DNA of 64,000 bases from Perna viridis (lineage: Eukaryota). The translations under genes and the position numbers were made by a program. Positions within the stretch are counted from its first letter, which is position 1; each line of letters starts with the position of its first letter. Positions 12,601 through 27,600 of this stretch are shown here, piece after piece. The notes below the pieces were generated by a model that had not been told where the DNA came from, made no database searches, and saw only the letters and a list, made by a program, of their open reading frames with translations. The DNA is taken from contig CM074511.1 in the NCBI GenBank assembly GCA_037379345.1, positions 15,686,001-15,750,000 on the forward strand, given 5' to 3'.

Positions 12601-15600
12601 GTTGGGGTTTAATGCCTGAGCAGCAATTTTTCGGCTATATTCAGGTGAATTCATGTATTAGTAAAAATAAGGGCTAATTGAGGGCTAATTAACAGTTTCT
12701 TTAGTTGTAATGGAGTGTTACCTAAACAGTCAAAAATGGTTCTAAACGTACTGTGTGACTAGCATTTTCACCAGAGGATGACTGATTTACACATTGTACA
12801 ACTTCCTGTGCAATTAGCAAATTGATCAAAGATTTTTTACATTTTTTTTTTCAAAATAATGTTGACAATTTACTACGCAAAACATTTCTGAAAGTTCAAA
12901 AAAAGGAGATCATTACATATAAATATTTTTACCTTATTTAATTATTCACATTTTTCAGACAACCCTGTTATCTTTTTCACATTTTTGTTTTACACTAGAA
13001 TGAATTGAAAACCCCCAAAAATATCTTGAATGAATGAAAATTAGATTTTGACATTTCATATTATCTTAAATGACAAAAATGTGTGTTTTTGTAGTACTAC
13101 ATGAAAAACGATAAGTTTGTTTCTTTCAATATAATATAACACTTAGTTATTGGATAATTACTGAGTAGAAAGTTATATTCCTTCTCTTAACCAACTCTGC
13201 CCATGGCTTCCAATACTCCTTACAAACTTGATTCTTAGGGACGGCTTACTTACTGGTACTATTCCCCTCACATCCAATCAAGAAGCATAATTTATGATCC
13301 AGCCTTTAGATGTCAGTGACATCAAGTTTTACTTCAGTCTTCTTGTACCTACATCAGTTCAGTCTTTGTAATAATCCATGGAAAGGTTTTAAATGCAGTT
13401 TTCTTCTTAGGTACAATTCATTATTCATGTGGTAGTGGAGACAACCATTGCCATGTGGTAGTTGGGGACAACCATGCCATGTGATAGTGGAGACTACCAT
13501 TCTGTGTGGTAGTGGGGACAACCATGCCATGTGGTAGTGGAGACAACCATGCCATGTGGTAGTGGGGACAACCATGCCACATGGTAGTGGTGACAACTAT
13601 GACATGTGATAGTTGGGACAACCATGTCATGTGGTAGTGGAGACAACCATGCCATGTGGTAGTGGAGACAACCATGCCATATGGTAGTGGGGACAACCAT
13701 GCCATGTGGTAGTGGGGGACAACCATGCCATGTGGTAGTGAGGGACAACCATGCCACATGGTAGGTGTGACAACTATGACATGTGATAGTTGGGACAACC
13801 ATGCCATGTGGTAGCGGAGACAACTATGCCATGTGGTAGTGGATCCAACCATGCCACATGGTAGTGGAGACAACCGTGCCACGTTGTAGTGGAGACAACC
13901 ATGCCATGTGAACACATTTGGTCTACTTAACTATAATAATGAGGTTATATCATCATGAAGGCATTTCAGTTATTTATGTGAGATGTTAATTAATAATTCA
14001 TTGTATGATTATGGCTGGAGTGCAATCAGGGTTTCATACTACTCTGTCGTTTTATTTTTAGGAGGGGGGTTACTATAGCTAGAACTGTGTTTTACCTGCT
14101 GTTTGAAACATACTCTCTATAGAGTAGATATCTTACATGTACCTTTTGGAAGAACAAATGTTTGTCAATGTTCACAGTTGTGTCATATATCTGTGTTATA
14201 CAGCATTTAAAACACTAACCCATGAGTAGAATTCTATATATATTTATATATCATATGATTTGAAGTTTTGACCGTATAGTGTTTTGATGAACTGCCATTA
14301 ATGATTTTCTTAGCAATTGAAAAAATGTCAAACACTTCAAATACTAGTTTACCTGAAAATTACTTACTATCCACACATTTCTCTCAAGTACTGATATGTC
14401 CAACATTAACTATGCTATTTTATATAATGTGCTGAACATTTTAAAATATATAAACTGATAAATTACACAGTCATTACTGTTACATGGCAAGCCCATAAAA
14501 TGAGGCAAGTTTGATCTAGGTACAGAAGAGGTTTTTTCTCTATTACTTAGATTATTCATGAAACACTGTTTATACCCTTATGTTTTAAAAACTGAATTGC
14601 TTCTTTCAGACAAGGAGTATTTCCCAGGACATCAATACTGTAGCTCTGTCATTATTTGAGGTGCTTCTCCAAAGTATATCCAAAATGGCTGATGGTGACC
14701 TGTTCACCTCTCCTCAAAACTATCCTCAAGTTACGGTGAGTTACTTCCCTTGTAAAGTATTTACCTCCCTTTATACTATATACTGGTATACAGTTTTTTA
14801 GTTTGAAAGGCTTTATTTATGCTTTTTTGGTTTCTTTTTAAAGAGTTATGAAAAAAAACAACTTTTTCATTACTGTTAGGACAATGGTGCATTTTAAGTT
14901 AAATTCTATAGAATTAAGTATGTTAATTTAATTTAATCCCTACAGTTATATTATGAAATAGAAATAATCTCCAATTTTGTCTTCGTCAGCTTCGTAAACC
15001 AAGTATATCAGAAAATAGTAGTCCGTGTTCTACATTAGACAGAAAAAGTAGAAGAAGTCGAACTCTGTTTCAGACAGGTAGTCGGCCACCATCAGAAACT
15101 TTTTCAGCCAAGGATGACTCAACAAAATTTTTTGTATGATTGTTTTTTTTTATCTAGATTTTATGGCTTGTTTTCGTCTGTCTTTTCGGCTTTGATATGA
15201 TTTATATTACAGATAGCTAATATACATATTGATTTGCTTTAGATGTTCTATGAACATTCTAACTTTTTAACATTATTTCTGAGTTATGGTTCCCGGTAAG
15301 AAATTTATTTTAAACAGAAAATGATTCAAAATTTTACTTGAAGTTGTCCATAAAAATAATTATGGTTATAAAACAAGTTCTGACCTAATTCCATTTGAAA
15401 TATTTAAAGAAAACCTATTTTGTCAGTCATTGAAGAACTTCACTGTAGCTCTATGTCTTATAGACTTCTCTTTCAATATTTGTAAAATTAAAGTGTAGTT
15501 TAATATGATACTAACATATATACCAGGACTATCCTTCATTATAACACTGCCATATTTCAGCTTGGCACATTAGTGTTCACTTTATAACTAGGAATTCTAG

Positions 15601-18600
15601 AAGCACTTTCTGTATTCTAAATACCCAGGTAAACAGCAAGTATTTTAACTACCTTATCCAAGCCAAGCTTTATTCACAACCCAATCATTCCTTACCAGGC
15701 TGTGTCAGACAGAAATTGACCTTATGCTACTAGATATTGGGAACTATGTACAGACCTAATTTGATGTTTGAGTTTTTACATGGATACTACAAATAAGTCT
15801 ACACAATTATGTTTTGAAAAGAATTTCAGTACTAGTACCAGTAATAACTATTTTGCCAGAAGTTTATACCCTAACAAGTATTTTTCCACTATAAATATAA
15901 AAGGAAACTCTTATTGATAAGTTGTGGGGAGAACTATTTTTGATTTTTAATGGGGAATTTTTTTTGACAGATATATGATATACCACTGTCCCTTCATCCT
16001 CATATTCATCAGTTATAACATTATAAGAAAAATTGTTTGAAGGATTTTAATGAAAGGTGATTTTCAGTTTTTTTGTCTAACAATTTTTTCTATTTCTTTT
16101 TTCTCAACAACTATTGATCACAGTGGATTGAAAATTTAATACTCTTCATATAGGTATGCCATATGGTGGGATAAATTTCTGGAGAATTTGCCAACAACTT
16201 CTTGTTTACCATTGACTTGGTTTATTTTCCTTTTATCATGATGGAAAGTGGGGGGATCACTAGTGAGCCATCGCTCACATATTTCTTGTTCATTATAGTC
16301 CTGTATTTTGTTTTGAAGATACTGAACTTATTAATTTAAGAAATAAAATGTCTGTCTTTTAATCTGTTCAAAAGGTTTCTTTTAAATCAAGTTGATCCAA
16401 AATGAGAACCCTACAAGACCATTACACACCAAGACAAAAGAAATTTTAGAAGTTTAAGTGGTTGATGAAGATACAAATTTATCGTAAAAATGAATGGTAT
16501 TAACAAAAATACCAAACTGATAAAGTTTGGGCAGTAGTCAAAAGGAATAGCCAGAAAGGAAAGCATGTATAAAAAAAAATGCAATATCAAGGGAAAAACT
16601 GATAAGTTGGAAACCATTGCAATGGTCCTTACATACATGTATTAGAATTGGCATTTTAGTTTAAAGGTAAGAGTGTCTTTTATTTTGGTCAATTTTTGTA
16701 TGACAGGGTCAGATCTATACAACTGTTACTCCCCTGTATTCTCTATGTCTCTGTGATTGCCTTGATATCTACAGTGAATGTAAAATTATCTTGTTAACAT
16801 TAATGGATGATTTCGTGTTGACTGATAAACACTTCTTTTCTTATTAGAAATGAAACTTTACTCTCAAAGTAGTTTATCAAGAATTTATAATTGTGAAGGA
16901 ACTGCATGTATTTATTTTAATAATAGGAAAAGGAAACTCTATATAATCTTTTCCTCAGGATGTCTTTCTGTTCTAGAACAATTCACATGATAGGCAGTGA
17001 GTCTGTCCTCTGTGTTATAAACTGTTCCAAACAATTTTACAATCTCAAGGTCGGGAAAGCTATTTCTTGGTTATGTCATAATGCCTTGTAGTCAAATATT
17101 TAAGATACTCTTAATCAGAAAATAGAATGTCAAGTAGATTGAGTAAGTACAATGTGTGGCCTCTTACTCAACAATAGAATTAATTCAGTCAATTTGAAAA
17201 AAATGCTTATATGGCTGGAATACAAGATGTTTTTCATAATTTCACAATTCACAGTGGTGAACAGTTCACAGTAGAACTAGAACACTATCATCATCACCAC
17301 AGTTTTGCTTTTTTTCAGTTGATTTATTTACATGGCAATTGATTGAATATTTCTTTGATATTTAAGCCTGAGGAAGAGAGGAGTAAAGCTTTAGCCGGAA
17401 AATCACGGAGGTTGACAATACAGCTGTTACCATCACAACAATTGAATATTCCATTTAATGATGACCCACAAGCTTATTGTGTAAAACATTTACTCTTTTT
17501 GCACCTGAATGCATGTCTATGAATGGTGGTGACAAAGTCTGTGTTCTTTTGTGTTTGTATGTTTGTGAATGTATTATTAATAGCATCCTTTGCTCTGAGG
17601 ATAAGATAAACTTCTTATAGCTGATGCCTTCTATCAAAATATACTGAAAGTTTGTTTGGTTTTTTTTGGGGTTTTTTTTGTGAGGGGCAGTAAAGTAATA
17701 TTATCTTTGCATATTCCTCACAGGCACAAATATATACAATCGGGAACCAGACTTTGTTTAATCTGTTAATGTTGACTGTCACTTGTTTCACTCTGAACAA
17801 CCAAACACTGCACATTCCTAAACAATATAAATCAGTATATAATTTAATACCAAATTTAATCAACTGTCATATAAAGATAAAGCTAATTGAAATCATGTAC
17901 ATGTACTAACAAAAATTATCACTCAAATGAAAGTTTGGTAGCTATCAACAGCTGAAGCATTTACATGTTCCATTCAGCATGTACTGGTATACAATCAAAG
18001 TGTTACGGCATGCCTCCTTCCCATTTGATAAAGAGGAAAAGAATTATTTATTTCGACCAGAATATGGATGTACAATTATCACCTAACAAGAGTACTCTCT
18101 TGATATAAAACATACTCAACAAGTTACAAGTTGCAATAAATTATCTTAGTGGTGTTAAAAAGTAACTTTTCACTTTAATTTCAAAGCATTTTAATATCGA
18201 TTAAACCATTATATAAGAGATTTCATAACTTTAAGGAAAAATGTTTCCGATGAAGTGACTAGCTGTTTACTTCATTTCAGTGTTCCATATAACATTACTG
18301 ATTCCATATAATCTAAAAAGAACTGATAATAGATATATCAGTCTTGTAGCCTAGAGAGACATCAATATGTAATTTAATACATGTATACTGGTAATGGGTT
18401 GTGTCTTTATATAATTTTTTTCCTCTTATTAATGGGTTTAGTGGATATTACAAGTGACTTGTGCGTGACCCAAGGTAAAACTCCGGATTTTTTATGGTGG
18501 TATGCTGGTATAGTGTTGTCGTTGTTGTCCATAAACACTTGGTTATCAGTGAAAGATTTCTTGGGGGTTCTTTTATATGCTGAATCTAACATCTATTTAG

Positions 18601-21600
18601 ACTGTCAACCATTATAAAATTTTTAAAATCATGAAGTTTATGATAAACAGGTAAGGATGACTTTGATTTTGGTCTCAATTGACTAGAGGTCATACTACGT
18701 ATGAAGAAGTTTTGTTGCTAGGCTGGGAACCTGGAGCACTGTTTTTGTTCAATTCTACCCAACATGTTAAGAGTTCTTCATTTGTATCAAGGTGTGCTCT
18801 ACATAGCATTTTATCAATTTATTGCCATCACTTGGCATCCGTTGTCGTCGTCGTCCGTTGTCATCATCGTCGTTAACAATTTTTCAATTTTTCTTCTCCT
18901 CGGACACCACTTGACCAATTGGAACCAAACTTGGTATGAATGTTCCTTGGGGTTTTGTTCATAGAACTGATTTGGGGATTTTGGATCTGTTGAAAATCAT
19001 GGCCACCATTACTAAAAATAGAACATAGGGATCAGAAAGTAGTTTTTCGCATATATATCCAAAACCGTTAGGTTTAGCCAAATTCTGACTTGTGTAAAAG
19101 TGTTCAGCATGATGAGATCTATCTGTGGTCAAATTTTCATTTTGATATGTTAAGCCATGTTGTAGTTATTGCCCTTTTTCAAAGTTTTTTGCTATTTTGA
19201 ATGTTGTATTTCTTTCAAAAATCTTCTCCTCTGACACCGCCTGACCAATTGAAACCAAACTTGGTATGAATGTTCCTTGGGGTATCGTGCATAGAACTGA
19301 TTTTGGGATTTTTGATCCATTGAAAAACATGGCCCCCATTACTAAAAATAGAACATGGGGGTCAGACAGTAGTTTTTCGCATATATCCCAAAACCGCTCG
19401 GTGAAGCCAAAATCTGACTGGGTAAAAGTGCTCAGCATGATGAGATCTATCTGTGGTCAAATTTTCATTTTGATATTTTAAGCCATGTGGGAGTTCTTGC
19501 TCTTTTTCGACATTTTTTTTTTTGGCTATTTTGAATGTTATTTCTTTCAAAAACCTTCTCCTCTGACACCACCAGACCAATTGGAACCATGTTATGAATG
19601 TTCCTTGGAGTATTGTGCATAGAACCATCGTGGGGATTTTTTATCTGTCGAAAAATATGGCTGCTGTTACTAAAAATAGAACAAAGGGGTAGTTTTTCAC
19701 AAGTATCTCCAAAACCGTTAGGTTTAGCAAAATTATTTCTATAGCTGAAATGACCCTTATTATAAGGCCTTCAAAAGTCGTCAGGGATCAAAGTTGTCAG
19801 GTGACTCCTGTAAGAGTTATTGCCCTTGAAAGATGAAAAATGACTGGTTTCTTTTTTTACAGTTTTCAGCCAATATCTTTAAAACTAAAAGAGGGAAACT
19901 TTCTATCACTGAAATGATCCTAATGATAAACCTACCAAAGTCTTCTTGAGTCAGAATTGTTGGACAACTCCTTTTCAAATTTATTGCCCTTGAAAGACAA
20001 ACTTTAATCAGGTGAGCGATTCAGGCTCCTGGGAGCCTCTTGTGTTCTTTGTAACAAAATTGCCTAGGATCGTTCTATCTTTCACACTCGATAGTTTCTT
20101 TGATTTGAAAAAAATGTTCTAAGTAAATTCTAAAGAGTCGTAGATAAAGGGAACTGATTGCACAAAATGAATCCCTGGCTACTGCCTGTCCTTCACAAAT
20201 GCATGCCAAGTAACTTTAGTAAGTAAAGAGGAAGGATTTAATCAACTGGAAGCTTATACAGTAGTATAGTACTGGTAACTGCATGATTGTTATGTGTTGT
20301 CACGACTCCTGCATATTCAAGGGAGGTAATGTTTATATGACATATAACCAAGTAGTTTTTATTTGAATTAATCTTTAAATGCATTAGTTTAAAATGAATA
20401 ATTAACCACTATTTCATATACATTAGTAAGGAATTTCTGTGATTAGAAGGTATGAAGGTAAAAGAGTGTTATTTGTGAAATCATTTTCATTCCAAGCAAT
20501 TGATCATTTTTATTGCTTCTCTTCTGTTCCTCTGTTCTTTCTTTCTATCTTTTGTGACTTGAATACTTTTGTTGTCATATTCACCAAAAAAAAACTTATG
20601 ACCCTAAATTGAGACTTTAACTAGTTTGTGTGGTGCACAATCACATGATTTACTCCAAGTTTTATTTTTATGATTTTTTGGGATATGACCACTGGGTTTT
20701 AAAGCACAAACTTTCTGTGTTTGTTGGATATTAACAATTTTGTGGTTTTGCAGGGTGAAATGGTTGCATGTTTGACAGAATTACTAAGGTTAATGGAAGA
20801 GCATCATTACCATGCTGTGATACAGATTCATCCAAGGGGACCACCTCTAAAGGTCAGTATATAGGACATATATACTCCTAATAAATGTCAGTTCTTTGTA
20901 CTCATGTAATCAAACTTGACTTTGAAAATTGGTAGTTGCTTCTGTTCTGTTAAGCATGTTGCATAGAGGAGAGAGAGGGATGATATGTTTGCTTGGAGTC
21001 ACAGAATAATGTGTCAGATTGTGGTAATATGCCTTCCCATGGTCTCTTATCACATTAAAAAATCAGGGTAAGCATGTTGGATTAGTACAAAGCAGAGTAT
21101 TTTGGATGTATTAGTTGATCATTTACTGAAATGTATGAAGTATCTGACATATGATGTTAAACCTGCTGACATGGAAGCACCACCTCCAAGAAATAATACT
21201 TTATGAAAGCACAAGGATTTGCACTTTATCTTCTATATGTATCACAAGTTGGTTGTAAAAAGATGTAATATAAACAGCAGTGAACCATACTCATTATATT
21301 TAACACTGATTTAATGATTTTTGCAGGACTTTTTAACTCAGGTTTTACATACATTCCAAGAATTAATCAAACCAGAGATGCTGTCTTCTGATTGGACCAT
21401 CATGAGAATGGAAACCAACAAGTAAGTACATTCAGACTGGTCAGTAAACAGAGTACCATGTGTATTTGTCTTTTTCCTGAGTTTTCCACTTATTATACCC
21501 TCACTCCTAAGGAGAGAGGATATACTGTTTTACTCTTGTCTGTGTTTCCGTCTGTAGCAATTTTTTCTCAGCAACTACTTATCACACTAGCTTGAAATTG

Positions 21601-24600
21601 TAAGACAATCTTCCTGTAGGTATGTCATATGGTTTTTACTATTTTGAGAAAAATATGATAACTTCCTGTTTATTGAGGACATTTTTTTATTTTTTGCGTT
21701 AATATTTTTGAAAGTTGAAATTTTTGTCAGTAACTACTGATCACAGCAGATTTAAATTTTGATACATTCTTCCTGTATGGATGCCATATTGTAATAAATA
21801 CGCATTTTCAGAAGAAAAAAAATTGACAGCAACTTCCTCTTAATTGAGGACATTAGTTTTTCTGATATCTTGATTTAAAGCGGATGAAACTAGTGAGCAA
21901 TCTCTCACAGATTTCATGTTAATAATCATGAGAGATTGAGAACCTCCTTCAGCTTGAATAGCTCTTTGAAACTTTCTATAGGGTCAAAGATGTGTAATGA
22001 CTCTTTATAAGAGGTTTTGCCCTGGACAGATGAAAAATGGCATTTTTTTGGCATTTTTGATATGATTGCAAAGTAATTACAGGATTATTATATATGATTT
22101 TATCATGCTGTCCTCATCACCATCAGTGATGGTGGCATTGTCATCATCTATAGACATTTTATGTCTGAAGAATAACTTTAGTATAAATGTATAAATCTTT
22201 ACACTACAAGGTGCCATACCACAAAATGAAGGCTCAGATTGATATTTGGGACTGGTGCTGTTTATGAATGTGGGGACAAAAAGGGGTCAGAAACAGCTTT
22301 TTTCTGTTGTCAGGATAATCTAGTTTGAAGTTCTTCCAAAAAATGCAATACTCCGAAAGGAAGAAAAAGCTTGAAGTATCAAACATGGACATTTATAGCC
22401 AGGTAACAGATTATACAATGATGAATGTTGGTTGGATGGATAGGGAGGATATTTCCATGACATTTTTCTCAGCAACTATAAATCACAGCTACTAGATATT
22501 TGGTCTGCAACTTAAGTATTGGGTCCCATCAGGTCTTCTACCTCCTATTTACCACCTTTATGACAACCTGGCCATTACTGTCTTTGACCCATCTATTGCT
22601 GGAATGTTTTATTTATGACATAGAATATTCATAGGGCAAGGAAATGAGTTTCAAGTATGAGATTCAGGCCATCTAGGGACTTGTTAGGGATTACTGATAT
22701 TTTTTTTATGTTCTTTTTTATTTATTTTTCAGTGTGATATTTTCTGCTGTAGAATATTTTTCTCAAGCATTGAAAAACCATTTCCTGGAAGGAGAATATT
22801 TTGACCAACATGTAAGTTACATATTTTATATAGACAGATTAAACAATGTACTTAATGTCTGTAAACTTCACTGTTTTTCAATCTGAAATTTTCATTTAAA
22901 GGAATCTTGGTTTGCTGTACAAAGCACCTTTTCAAGTAAGCACTGGAATTAATACAAACTTCATTAGTTTGATTGTTGCTACTGTAGAAATGTGATATTT
23001 TTGAAGTATTATTATGATTTTCCTGGGTTAGATAAACCATGAAATTCAGTTCCCAAAAAAAATGAATTTTACCATTTATTTGCATGATGAAGGTGACACT
23101 TTGACAAAATTCTAGAATTTCCCTAAACCATGAAAATTGATATCCATACATAAAAGTACTTTAAACTGATCACAGAGAAAGGCTCTTTAAGTAGATGGAT
23201 ATCATTGATATTCTGCTATTTTTTATTCTTTAGGTGAAGTATTTTTAGGCTGGATGTGTAACAGTATTTCTGTTAACAAAGGAAAAATAATATAATTTAG
23301 TCTTTGCTTTATAATTTTGTACAGTTGTGGAACTTGTATTTCAACCTTGCTGTAGAGTTTATTGTACAACCAAGCTTGCAGTTAGAGGAATACTCAGAAG
23401 CAAAGAGGAATAAATTTATTGAAAGGTAATACTATTACTATTAGTTCCTACAAAGAAACTGTAATGGTTTTCATTAAAATGTTTTAGCTGACAATTCAGC
23501 TCATAATGCCTTTTATTTTTGATAGTGTGATTTACACAGTTACAGTAATGAAGTTTCTCAGAAACTGTTTTTGAATGTGCACAACTTCCAAATCAACTTT
23601 TACCTATTGAGTTTTATATGTTTATAATGAAAATTGTTTTAAACAATTCCTTATCACTATTTTAATGAAATTTCTATTCTTCTAAGCCAGTGCTTACAAA
23701 TGCCTATAACATTTTAACCACTGGGCAGTGATTCAATTTTTGCAAGGAGCTTCCTGTCATTTTTCATTTTCTAAGTTTTTTTTTTTTTTTTGGGGGGGGG
23801 GGATTTCGTGGGAGAAACTTGGTTCTATTTTAATTATATCTCTGTGCTCTATTATAAAATCAAGATTTTGACATTCTTGCTAGAGCTTGCATGTTGAAAA
23901 TCTAAATTTTACCATCTCAACTGGGAAATAGTATAAATTACTCATTATTGATAGAAATTTTATATATAACTATTGATTCTGTCTCATGAATTTTTGTAAA
24001 AACTCACGTTTTAACTTCAGGTATCATGACATGAGAATAATGATGGGACATCAGATTCAGACACTATGGGAAAAATTAGGTAAGAAAATATAAATTCAAG
24101 AATTATTGCAATGTTTTTATTATTGCAAAAAGTATGATGGACTCTTAATCATTATCATTAAAACTCACACTACTGAATTTTTAACAGAAATAATGCTGAA
24201 TTGTTTCTCATAATTCGAAATCACAACAATAAATGCACTCAATAATTTTGAATTTACACAATGTATTAATGAAAAACAACAGTTTATATAGTGCCCTGTA
24301 ACAACAGAAAAAAATACTGACGATAATAAATCTTGTAGAACTGGCCATCTTCTGGAGTCTTCTATTAAACCATAAATGGAAGACTAGAAACATGGAAAAG
24401 ATTTACTGCATGAGATATTGCTTTTCCATTCACTACTTTTTATATTGTTTGATTCACTACAAAACTGCTAATTTTTTTACTGGTACATATATACCAGGGA
24501 TATAAGTACATTCACAGGACATATATTTACCTGTAAACTGAGCATCTATCAAACTGTTAAATGATTTTCTTTCTGTCCGTCTTGCTACAGATTAATGTTC

Positions 24601-27600
24601 CTGAATTTCCTTTTTGTGACTGGTTAAGTAGCCCCATGTTAAAGGTTTAGTTTCTGTATGTCCTCAGTGTTAAAAGTTTTGCTTTGATGTCTATTCCCTA
24701 TGTCTATGAAGATGGATTTATTGTAGCTAAAAGTCTAAAAGCTAAAAGTATACATCATGATATGAAGTTATTAGCGAACCTTGAACCTCGACATTATATT
24801 GCTTCTATAGTCAAAGGGAGGTAAATCACAAACTTTGTGCAAAAGCAACATCAGAAATCGACTACGATACAATAGTTAGTGCCATACAATATGCATAAAC
24901 AATAGTGTGCTATGTCTTTAAGGAAGCTGAAAATGTTACATCTATACATCATATGAATTTATTATATATATATAGCATCTAACAGTCTAGGTATCAGTGA
25001 TTGTATTTGTATCTTATTTGATCTATTTATGACAGGGACCAATAGAAGACATTTCATTCCATCAATGATTGGACCATTCCTGAAAGTTACATTGGTACCA
25101 GAGAAAGAACTAAGGGCAGCAACTCTTCCTATTTTCTATGACATGATTCAAAGTGAACAGAAAACTGCTGGCAATTTTGTAATGGTAAGATATTTGATAT
25201 ATATTGTATATTCAAGAAATGTTAACCTCATGTATTATAATTATGTATTGTACTATTGGGGCATTAAATGTTAAACTGGAAAGAAATATGTTTAAATAGT
25301 TGTTGAACTGGTTAGTTTTGAATGTTTTCCGTAAGTAAACTTGGACTCTGACTGAGAAATTTGTCTGTGTTAAACCTTGTTACTATTACAGATTTTGAAA
25401 TAAACAACAGAAAACAATTTTAACAAGCTTTTCGTTTGTTTGAAGGTTGAAAAAGAGATTATTGAAAAACTAGACATGTTTATTACTATCAACAAACACG
25501 GAGATGATGAATATAAACACCTTTTTAAGTCGATGTGAGTATTTGAAAGTCATTATAGTAAAACTTTTCTATGACAGCCCACTTATAGGGAAAGCACAAA
25601 AAGTCAGTATTGCAGTTTGAGTTCAAATTATCAGTACAGGTCAAAATAGTAATATTTCTTTAATTTTCAAAATCAGGATGTAAATATCCTTTTAGCATGA
25701 AATACATGTACCTGCAGCAATGTAGAAATGTAATTTTTTGATGTTCTTAAGGATATATGTTTTCTTTATCTTAATTTACAAGGATTTATCTGGTCTATGT
25801 TTTGATTATCTACATTGTAAAAAATCGTTGATTATTTATTAAAATTTAAGCTATTTTTAAATGTAGGAGTTTTTAACTATTCTTGGCGTGTCATTACTTG
25901 ATAAGATCTTAATTCATAAGTGTTAATAATGGGACAACACTTATGAATTGTGGGGACAAATCCAAGTACAAAATCAGCTGATTGTAGTCACTGTCAAACT
26001 ATTCAAAATAGACAAATTAAATGCTGATGATTAAAAATCACCTTAATGTATGGGACAATACAAACTATGGATGCTGAACAGTTGACATAGTGATATGTGA
26101 TAAAGTTACCTGAGCCAGCATTAAGTACGAAGAAAAAATTCTTACATGGTAATGCTATTGTGCCTCCTTGAATTTGGCAACTCTTGTATATGGGACTGCA
26201 AAAACTCTTTTGTCTTCCATTTATTAATAGGACTTATTCTTGATTATTGTATGTGGCATATAACAATCACATGGGTTGCCTGATTGAATTTATGGCATAG
26301 TTTGTTGCCCAAATATGCCCTTAATTTATACATATAGATTACACCTAAAGATGTGCATGGAGTGTATTACTGAAGAGCAAAATAATCTACCTTTTAACTG
26401 TACAGGTTTTTCAGATGGGTTGTTCTTGTTGATTGTTGATCTTAGAAAATGTTGGAATAATCTTAAATTAGAACATGGCAGCTGTGGTTTGAGAAAGAAT
26501 CTGAATGAAAATAAATATCAATTGACCTTTGAACCCATCCAATATGTTGTTATTGTACTCCAGACAGTTTCTGTCCTTTTGTATGTCTGTCTGTCCACCA
26601 ATTCATCCCTACATCCATGTAGGTATGTTGTAGGTGAAACCATATGGTTGAAATTGACCTTTATGTGTATATTGTATATATAGGTGATGGAAGATAATTT
26701 TTGTGGATGCTTGTAAGGAGTGATCATATTAAAGATTTATATCTTTCATTATCTTTTTTTTGCAGATAGTATTTTTAGATTTGTTTTAATAATATTTATT
26801 GCTAAAAATTTCCTAAAATTTGCTAATCTTTATCCATTTTTTTTCTTTTGCACTTTTTTCTGACAAAAAAAATAAGATCCACTAACATTTAAGAAATAAT
26901 TGAATATAAAAATTTCACTCCAAAATTGTTTGAAGAGAATAGAAATCTAGACATATCTGTTTCTTACATAGATTTAAGGAGGTAGATCTAGGGTAAGGGA
27001 CATAACCCTTGAAATTAGTGATATGTTTGTATTATATTCAATTTCACCATAGGCTATAAAGCTTTCATTTGAAACAGAATGAAATCAGTCAAAGTTACTT
27101 TGATACTTACATGAGATTGATGTAAAATGATGAATACAAACGTTCCAATGATTTATATGAGTTGTGTCCCTTACCCTAGGTCTACTTCCTTAAGGATTTA
27201 TTTATGATCTACCAGCAATACCCTTAAAATCAACATTACACAAAATAAAATAATGAAAAAACAAAACAACTTCTCAAAATAGTCATGTGTTACAGAGAAG
27301 AATGTTTGAAATTGAGTTAATTGTTCAATTACAGACATGAGGAGCAGTTAAATGTTGGCTGGAATCTTTGATTTTCTAACTGTGGGGCAAATAATTTTAC
27401 TACCCAACTGAATTATTTGCCAATGTATTACTTAAATGTAAGTGTTTGTAAGAATCAGGCAAAATGGGAAAAATCAGAAACATGCATGTGAAAACCCCAA
27501 CCATCTGACTATATAATACCACTCAATGATATTTTCTGCATTTGAAAAGACCATTATTTGATATCTGCATCACTGATTTTGCTCAGAATTTTTTTCAGTA

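Noticed and set aside
13354-13915. His/Trp/Pro-rich minus-strand ORFs
   Set aside because: Translations of the 25-bp minisatellite in three frames.
18600-18656. Strong donor CAG|gtaagg, possible alternative 5' exon ahead of GEMVAC
   Set aside because: No in-phase open frame and no promoter evidence; an isolated donor match is not enough.
19166-19628. ORFs on both strands
   Set aside because: Inside the internal repeats of a non-autonomous element.
27078-27122. Exon-like segment [14 protein letters not shown]
   Set aside because: Lies inside the TTAA-flanked MITE.
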